From: an uncultured Clostridia bacterium | Lineage (GTDB): Bacteria; Bacillota; Clostridia; Christensenellales; UBA1242 | Assembly (NCBI GenBank): GCA_944377305.1 | Contig: CALWEL010000005.1 | Location: 5,149 to 69,148, forward strand | Length of the DNA stretch: 64,000 nucleotides | Reading direction: 5' to 3' | Shown here: piece after piece, positions 58,416-64,000 of the stretch | Layout of the letters: every line of letters starts with the position of its first letter | Numbering within the stretch: the first letter of the stretch is position 1 | The notes under the pieces: model-generated | Seen by the model: only the letters and a program-made list of their open reading frames with translations | Databases searched by the model: none | Told to the model about the DNA's origin: nothing | Program-made: the position numbers and the translations under genes

Positions 58416-58436
58416 AGGAGTGGCAGTGCCACTCCT
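58416..58436 (-). terminator. GC-rich hairpin 22 nt upstream of rimP start (terminator of upstream gene or rimP-nusA leader attenuator)
   Basis: 9-bp stem AGGAGTGGC / GCCACTCCT, 3-nt loop; imperfect T tract AATTAGTTTTAT follows on minus strand. Confidence 0.45.
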
Positions 58437-58484
58437 TAGTCGTCGATATTAGTATATCACATCTAAAATTAATAATCAATAGTT

Positions 58485-60005
58485 TTAATACAATTTTATA
58501 AAAACTTTTGCCGTAGCTGTTGCATCATTAATTGCGCGGTGCGCATTATCTAGCACAATGTTTAACTTATCTACCACAGTAGATAATTTGTAATTTTTCA
58601 ATCCAGGCAGTTTTGCTCTCGCCATCTCTAATGTGTCCATTAGCGGATTGTCAAAATTGTAAGACATCCTCTTCGCTATATTATATATAAACGAAATATC
58701 AAATGATACATTATGTCCCACCATTGTTGACCCATAACAAAATTTATAAAAATCTGGTAATACATAATTGATAGTTGGAGCATCTGCTACAGTATTATCA
58801 TCAATACTGGTTAGATCTGTGATTTCTTTTGGAATATGTCTACTAGTTTTAACGAAGGTTGAAAAGGTTTCAACAATTTTGCCTTGCAATATTTTACATG
58901 CACCAATCTCTATTATTTCATCTTTTGTAGATTCAAGTCCTGTGGTTTCTAAATCGAATACTACGAAACTGCCATCAAAAGATTTTTCTTCGGCAGAAAA
59001 TAGATCTGCTTGCTCGTAATCAACATATTTCTTAGGGAAAACCGTATGATATTCTTCGTTAACGTGTTTGAATTTAGATTTTATTTCTTCACGTTTAAAT
59101 TCGCATCTGGCTATTGAATTGGCTGTAAAATTCATTTTACCATTGAATTCCCTAAACGAACCAAAACAACATACTTTCATCCCCACTTCTATCAAATCTC
59201 CCTTTGCTTCATCTGCTTGTTTTGGAAAAATTGAGCAATACAAAAATTTATTTTCATTGCGCAATGTGAAATTATAAAAAGTGCGTTCAATTTCTTTTGT
59301 CTCTCCGTTTCTTGTGTAGTTTCGCTTGAATGACTTGCGCTGAACTGAAGTCACTTCGCCACAAATTGCAACATTTTCTACTGGAGATTTTATCTTTGTA
59401 AAATCTGTGGCTATAGAATAATCATTTGAACCTATAATATTCACTTGATTGGACAATTCGTAAACCGTCTTTTCTTCCGCCTCCTTAATCGATGACATAA
59501 GCTCGGCGTTGCTCTCTATTCGATTTTCTACGACGACTTCATCATCTTTTCTTTCGAATTGTACAAAAAAATCGGCAAAAAAACTTTCTTTCAATTTTTC
59601 AGCAATTAAAGTCTCTCTATTTAAACTCTTTGCGTATTCATACGCTGATGGTGACAACCGCAAAATAATATTTACCCTCATATTCTCTATATTGACTGAT
59701 ACATCATCATAAGTGAAATTTTTAGAAATCGCAGGAAATATATTGATAATAGTCGAATATGTATAATTTGCAATAGTACGTTTATCTAGCGGACAATTTG
59801 TAAATTTGATATCAAATTTGACATAATCTCCAATGATCTCTTTAAATTTATTCAAAAGTTCTGATCTATTTCGTTCATTCGGCTTGAACTCTTCAGGATT
59901 ATATAAAAAATTCATAACACAGGTATTATTTTTTTCTGTGTAGGTGGCGTCTTTGAATTTTAATCCATCATATAATCTATCTAAAATTTCTAATCTATCG
60001 TTCAT
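58485..60005 (-). CDS. PolC-like N-terminal/OB-fold + DEDDh 3'-5' exonuclease protein lacking PHP and polymerase domains
   Basis: 506 aa. Exo I is FVVFDLETTGL, Exo II is VGHNVSFDISFI, Exo III is HRAINDATATAKVF. The exonuclease segment and the preceding OB-like segment align by eye with B. subtilis PolC (from memory). The protein ends 8 aa after Exo III. Confidence 0.8.
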   Translation of the reverse strand: MNDRLEILDRLYDGLKFKDATYTEKNNTCVMNFLYNPEEFKPNERNRSELLNKFKEIIGDYVKFDIKFTNCPLDKRTIANYTYSTIINIFPAISKNFTYDDVSVNIENMRVNIILRLSPSAYEYAKSLNRETLIAEKLKESFFADFFVQFERKDDEVVVENRIESNAELMSSIKEAEEKTVYELSNQVNIIGSNDYSIATDFTKIKSPVENVAICGEVTSVQRKSFKRNYTRNGETKEIERTFYNFTLRNENKFLYCSIFPKQADEAKGDLIEVGMKVCCFGSFREFNGKMNFTANSIARCEFKREEIKSKFKHVNEEYHTVFPKKYVDYEQADLFSAEEKSFDGSFVVFDLETTGLESTKDEIIEIGACKILQGKIVETFSTFVKTSRHIPKEITDLTSIDDNTVADAPTINYVLPDFYKFCYGSTMVGHNVSFDISFIYNIAKRMSYNFDNPLMDTLEMARAKLPGLKNYKLSTVVDKLNIVLDNAHRAINDATATAKVFIKLY

Positions 60006-60062
60006 AATTGTGAATTATATCAAAAAATGTCAGAATTGTCAACTACAACAATTCTGACTTCA

Positions 60063-61238
60063 TTAAACAAACTGCAATATATCCACTAAGATCACAAAAC
60101 ATAACAAAACTATCAATCCAACATTGTTTATTGTATTAATCACAGTTTGTTTCAATGGTTTTTTCCTGATCCATTCAATTAGTACAAATATCATTTGAAA
60201 TCCATCAAGAGCAGGTATCGGTAACAAATTGAAAACTGCCAAGTTTATGGCGATCAGAGGCAACAACACCGCCAAGTATGCCCAACCTCCAGTCTGAGTA
60301 TACGAGGCGATGGTGTTTATCGTGGTGACTGGTCCGCCTAGCGATGTCAAAGAAAGTTGACCAGTAATCAATTGACCGAATATCACGATGATTTTCCAAG
60401 CCCATTTGCAAGTGAAAGGAACTGCCTCAATCAAACTTTCCAAAAATGAATATTTATAATTCCCAATGGCAAACTCGTTCAAATCCGCTTGCTCTGTACT
60501 ATAAAGTGACCATCCAGCATACTCACCTTTGTCATTATAAATGACATTAATATTACCCGTGATTTCAATATCTTCGCCCTGACGCCTTACATTAAAAATC
60601 ATTGATTGAGTATCAAGATAATAAGTTTTTCCATCATCAGAAAATGAAACTTTATTTTGTAAATCTTCAATGCTACCAGCATATTTAGAATAATATTCAG
60701 TCACACTCGCAGTAAGCAAATTGTTGAAATATTCATCGTGGACAAAATCTATATCAGTACCATCAATACCATAAATTACATCTCCTGTCTGAAAGGTATT
60801 ATAATTAATTGAATTTTTGTTCAAATTCTTAATTTCTACCAAATCGTAGCCTGAGGATATTAAAAGAATAAATGAAAATATTATACCGCTCAAGAAATTG
60901 AAAAAGGCACCGAAAAACAGTACAATTAGGCGTTTCCAAGGTTTTTGATTGTTAAACGCTTGGGGATTAGTTTGTCCATCTTCCCCCTCTCCTTCAAAAG
61001 CACAATATCCACCCAATGGCAGTGCTCTTAGGGTAATTTTCTCTCCATTTTTTTTGGTTTTTTGTATCAATTTAGGACCAAATCCGACACTAAATTCATT
61101 GATTTTAAATTTTAAGATTTTGCCTGCGGTATAATGCCCTAATTCGTGAATTAGCACCATAAATAGCAAAACAATGATGGCTAAAACAATATAGCCAATA
61201 TAAGTGAATACAGATGTTATACTAAGCAAATTGGACAT
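60063..61238 (-). CDS. rseP: site-2 (M50) zinc metalloprotease RseP/RasP
   Basis: 391 aa; HELGHY, PDZ-like middle, NLLPIPALDG. Confidence 0.9.
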   Translation of the reverse strand: MSNLLSITSVFTYIGYIVLAIIVLLFMVLIHELGHYTAGKILKFKINEFSVGFGPKLIQKTKKNGEKITLRALPLGGYCAFEGEGEDGQTNPQAFNNQKPWKRLIVLFFGAFFNFLSGIIFSFILLISSGYDLVEIKNLNKNSINYNTFQTGDVIYGIDGTDIDFVHDEYFNNLLTASVTEYYSKYAGSIEDLQNKVSFSDDGKTYYLDTQSMIFNVRRQGEDIEITGNINVIYNDKGEYAGWSLYSTEQADLNEFAIGNYKYSFLESLIEAVPFTCKWAWKIIVIFGQLITGQLSLTSLGGPVTTINTIASYTQTGGWAYLAVLLPLIAINLAVFNLLPIPALDGFQMIFVLIEWIRKKPLKQTVINTINNVGLIVLLCFVILVDILQFV

Positions 61239-61379
61239 ACTTTCCTTTAATTATACTAAAAAATTATAATAATTATAACGAAAAAAAGCAAGAAAAATAA
61301 TTGAAAAATGTTTTTATTTATAAAATAATACAATTTTTGCAATTTGATCTAATTTTTATTTCAAAATTTAGTTTTTACT

Positions 61380-61412
61380 ATAAAAAATAATGCATTATAA
61401 ACTGCATTATTT
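61380..61412 (-). terminator. probable terminator after cdsA
   Basis: 9-bp stem AATAATGCA / TGCATTATT; short T tract on minus strand. Confidence 0.5.
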
Positions 61413-61420
61413 ATGTTAAT

Positions 61421-62320
61421 TTAGACAATAATAATGAAGCATACTACATACAAGAATGTGACGCAGAAAATCATAGCATCGATTCTATCTAGCATTCCGC
61501 CATGACCAGGTAAGATGTTGCCACTGTCTTTTATATTTGCAACGCGCTTGATTTTGCTCTCAACCAGATCACCAATTTGGCTAACTAGCGAACCTATCAA
61601 CCCAACGATCAAAAAATGCCACCAAGAAAGATTGTACATTGTAAGAATGGTGCTCATTGAATCAACGTTATAAACCAAAGCATACACAAGCATACTGCCA
61701 GCCATCCCGCCTAGTAGACCTCCGATTGCCCCGCTAATAGTTTTATTCGGACTAATTGTCGGCGCAAGTTTTGGGCCTTTGAGCGTTCTACCAATAAGAT
61801 ATGCAAAAGTGTCTGAGAGCATAGTGATTGCGAACACGAGCAGAATGAAAGCAATTGAAAAATATTCTACACCCGCATAAAAATCAATATGGTTAATATT
61901 TAAGAATAAGCAAAACAAAAATCCAGGATAAAGACATACTAAAAGACTATTTAAACTTACCATTACATTTTCTTTAAACGTTCTGGCGTTATTTTTGATA
62001 GATTCTGTGATCAAAATCAAGCAAAAATATACAATTAATCCTGCAAGTTCAATTAGAAGAATATAATAAAATTCAAGCAATTTAAAACAACATATTAGAA
62101 TGATATAATTAAAAATTGCGTACATTGAAGAGAGATATTTATTCACTTTTTTATTGCAATTTTCCATCAAGTGACACATTTCAAAAGATGCGACCACCGT
62201 AACGCACAAAATGAATAAATCAAAGATATAATCTCCAATATCATAAGGCAAAAACTTGCTAGCGACCGCGAGTGCCACTACCAAAACTATGAAAAAACTT
62301 GTAATTGATCTTTGTTTCAT
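61421..62320 (-). CDS. cdsA: phosphatidate cytidylyltransferase
   Basis: 299 aa polytopic; KRxxxxKDxGxxxPGHGGxxDRxD signature (KRVANIKDSGNILPGHGGMLDRID). Confidence 0.9.
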   Translation of the reverse strand: MKQRSITSFFIVLVVALAVASKFLPYDIGDYIFDLFILCVTVVASFEMCHLMENCNKKVNKYLSSMYAIFNYIILICCFKLLEFYYILLIELAGLIVYFCLILITESIKNNARTFKENVMVSLNSLLVCLYPGFLFCLFLNINHIDFYAGVEYFSIAFILLVFAITMLSDTFAYLIGRTLKGPKLAPTISPNKTISGAIGGLLGGMAGSMLVYALVYNVDSMSTILTMYNLSWWHFLIVGLIGSLVSQIGDLVESKIKRVANIKDSGNILPGHGGMLDRIDAMIFCVTFLYVVCFIIIV

Positions 62321-62322
62321 TT

Positions 62323-63042
62323 CTATCCTTTTATAGCTCCGAATCGTCTATTGCGTTTCATATAAGCGATAAGGGCGCGTACCAAATCATTTTTGCTAAA
62401 ACTTGGCCAAAGAGTTTTTGGGAAATACCATTCACTATAAGTAGACTGCCAAGGCAAAAAGTTGCTGGTCCTCAATTCTCCAGAAGTTCTGATGATGAAA
62501 TCTAATGGAAGCAAATCTTTCGTATAAAGATGTTTTTCAAAATCATTTACGTCTACTTGCTTTTTGCTTCCTTGCAATAACTCATTGACTGCCTTCAATA
62601 TCTCTTGCCTGCCACCATAATTAATGCACGGATTGATGATAAATCCTGTTTTATCTTTGGTGAGTTGCATTAGCTCTTTTGCTTTTTTTCGTACTGAATC
62701 TGGAAGTCTAGCGTCTTCCATATCTCCAGAAATTATAATTCGCACATCTTTATCCAAATATTTTTGTTTGTATTCGTCCAACATTTGATCAAACAGTTTC
62801 ATCAAATAATCAACTTCCTCTTTCGGTCTGTTCCAATTTTCTTTGCTGAAACAATATAGAGATAAATTTTTTATTCCCAGTTGTTCGACATATTCTGTTT
62901 GTTTTTTCAAATTGTCAAAGCCTGCTTTGTGTCCCAAACTTCGAGGCAGTCCTCTGTGCTTTGCCCATCTGCCGTTGCCGTCTATGATAAAAGCAATGTG
63001 ACGTGGCAATCTTGGATCATTTTTCAATTTTTCAAAATTCAT
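62323..63042 (-). CDS. uppS: isoprenyl transferase (undecaprenyl diphosphate synthase)
   Basis: 239 aa; HIAFIIDGNGRWA, RTSGELRTSNFLPWQ. Confidence 0.95.
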   Translation of the reverse strand: MNFEKLKNDPRLPRHIAFIIDGNGRWAKHRGLPRSLGHKAGFDNLKKQTEYVEQLGIKNLSLYCFSKENWNRPKEEVDYLMKLFDQMLDEYKQKYLDKDVRIIISGDMEDARLPDSVRKKAKELMQLTKDKTGFIINPCINYGGRQEILKAVNELLQGSKKQVDVNDFEKHLYTKDLLPLDFIIRTSGELRTSNFLPWQSTYSEWYFPKTLWPSFSKNDLVRALIAYMKRNRRFGAIKG

Positions 63043-63043
63043 T

Positions 63044-63610
63044 CTACACTTCCATTATTTCAGCGATTTTCTTTTCACAACTATTGTCTGCCTTGTCTGT
63101 AAAATTATCAAGAGATTTTTGAACGTCTTTTTCAAGACTTGAATATTCGTCTTCACTGATTTCAGAATTCTTTTTCATATCTTTGAAAATATCCAAGCAA
63201 TCTCTCCTAGCGTTTCGCATAGCGATCTTGCATTCTTCCAATAGCTTCTTCGCGTCTTTCGAAAATTCTCTTCTTCGCTCTTCAGTGAGGATAGGGAAAC
63301 CTACTCGAATGATCTTTCCGTCATCGCTCACGCTGACACCCAAATTGGCAGACTCAATCCCTGCCTTAATCGATTTGATGGTGCTAGCATCCCAAGGGGA
63401 TATCACGAGCATTCGTGCGTCTTGCACTGTGATGTTGCCAGTCTGAATGATCGGCGTGCGTGTGCCGTAATAGTCAACTTTGATATTCTCTATCAACTTA
63501 GGGTTTGCCCTGCCGACCCTGATCATCATATACTCGTCGATCAACCTATTAAATTGTTTGTTCAAATTATCCTCAAATTCCATTTTTGCCATTTCAACAT
63601 TTTCGTTCAT
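63044..63610 (-). CDS. frr: ribosome recycling factor
   Basis: 188 aa; typical RRF sequence (RVGRANPKLIENIKVDYYG..., LTEERRRE). Confidence 0.95.
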   Translation of the reverse strand: MNENVEMAKMEFEDNLNKQFNRLIDEYMMIRVGRANPKLIENIKVDYYGTRTPIIQTGNITVQDARMLVISPWDASTIKSIKAGIESANLGVSVSDDGKIIRVGFPILTEERRREFSKDAKKLLEECKIAMRNARRDCLDIFKDMKKNSEISEDEYSSLEKDVQKSLDNFTDKADNSCEKKIAEIMEV

Positions 63611-64000
63611 AATTTCTCCTATAAGTTTATACTACAAAATATTGAAAAAAATTGCAACTTATTTAATAATCAAAATGATATTTTCTCTCTTTTCGCGATT
63701 AAAAACCAAAATTTATCGTTTTATAATTATAATCTGCGTTTATTTTATGAAAGTATTTTATGTATATTATTTATGTAATTGATACGGAAAAAAATAACAG
63801 TATGTAAACTCAAAAGTATAATGAGTATCAAACTGTTAATTTTACAAAATTTATGTGATCAATTAAACTCTACTGAGTCTATTTTGGATAACGCCAATAG
63901 TAGTGATTTGTATTTGTAATATTATTTTAACTTTATGTTTTTAAAATTATCGAATTTAAATAAATTTATTTTAGGTTTGTTTGAATATTTGAATTTAATT

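Noticed and set aside
63800-63810. Classical XerCD-type dif half-sites. GTATGTAAACT here is 10/11 to the B. subtilis XerD arm. TTATGTAAAAA at 22450..22460 and TATTTACATAA near 22510..22520 also resemble it.
   Set aside because: In every case the partner arm and the central-region context (ATAA-N6-TTAT symmetry) are missing, so these are isolated AT-rich matches.
1-64000. CRISPR arrays, IS elements/transposases, prophage genes and rRNA operons.
   Set aside because: None was seen. There are no regularly spaced direct repeats, no transposase-like ORFs and no rRNA-like GC-rich segments in any intergenic region.

Overview
This is a very AT-rich (roughly 70% A+T by eye) chromosomal segment from an endospore-forming Firmicute. 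It uses the standard code, with TGA as an ordinary stop. Most of it is densely packed core genome.

Gene content, left to right:
- spoIIAA-spoIIAB-sigF, an opposite-strand Asn-rich lipoprotein, then spoVAC-spoVAD-spoVAE(b) and yunB.
- Cysteine desulfurase-thiI, rny, tRNA-Trp and rnhA.
- A PadR/ABC-ATPase/ABC-2 permease operon, lexA, and a lone tyrosine recombinase.
- T-box-controlled serS.
- An accessory-looking stretch at 19.9-23.2 kb: two orphan genes around a 1.37 kb ORF-free gap.
- ynbB-like, miaA, mutL, mutS, miaB, a class A PBP, glmS-murI, rpsT, holA and comEC.
- tRNA-Glu followed by a small irregular region at 39.7-43.4 kb.
- proS, xseBA, nusB, asp23, spoIIIAH-AA and efp.
- The conserved truB-rbfA-infB-ylxQ-ylxR-nusA-rimP ... 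rseP-cdsA-uppS-frr block.

No CRISPR array, IS element or prophage was seen.

Most interesting observations:
1. A perfect 15-6-15 inverted repeat (22229..22264) has tyrosine-recombinase core-site geometry. It lies in a gap that also carries an exact 17-nt copy of the recombinase promoter/operator region, plus short colinear matches to the recombinase gene.
2. At the slot where Firmicutes normally encode PolC, a 506-aa protein has only PolC-like N-terminal/OB and DEDDh exonuclease modules.
3. Just after tRNA-Glu, an rpsO gene has an intact promoter, leader, RBS and terminator, but three reading-frame lesions. A frameshifted XRE gene sits next to it, and an orphan promoter-terminator unit may encode an sRNA.
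4. A TGnTATAAT-N6/7-ATG arrangement without a Shine-Dalgarno recurs at several genes, which suggests leaderless mRNAs.

All calls come from reading the sequence and ORF translations by eye. No database searches were run.
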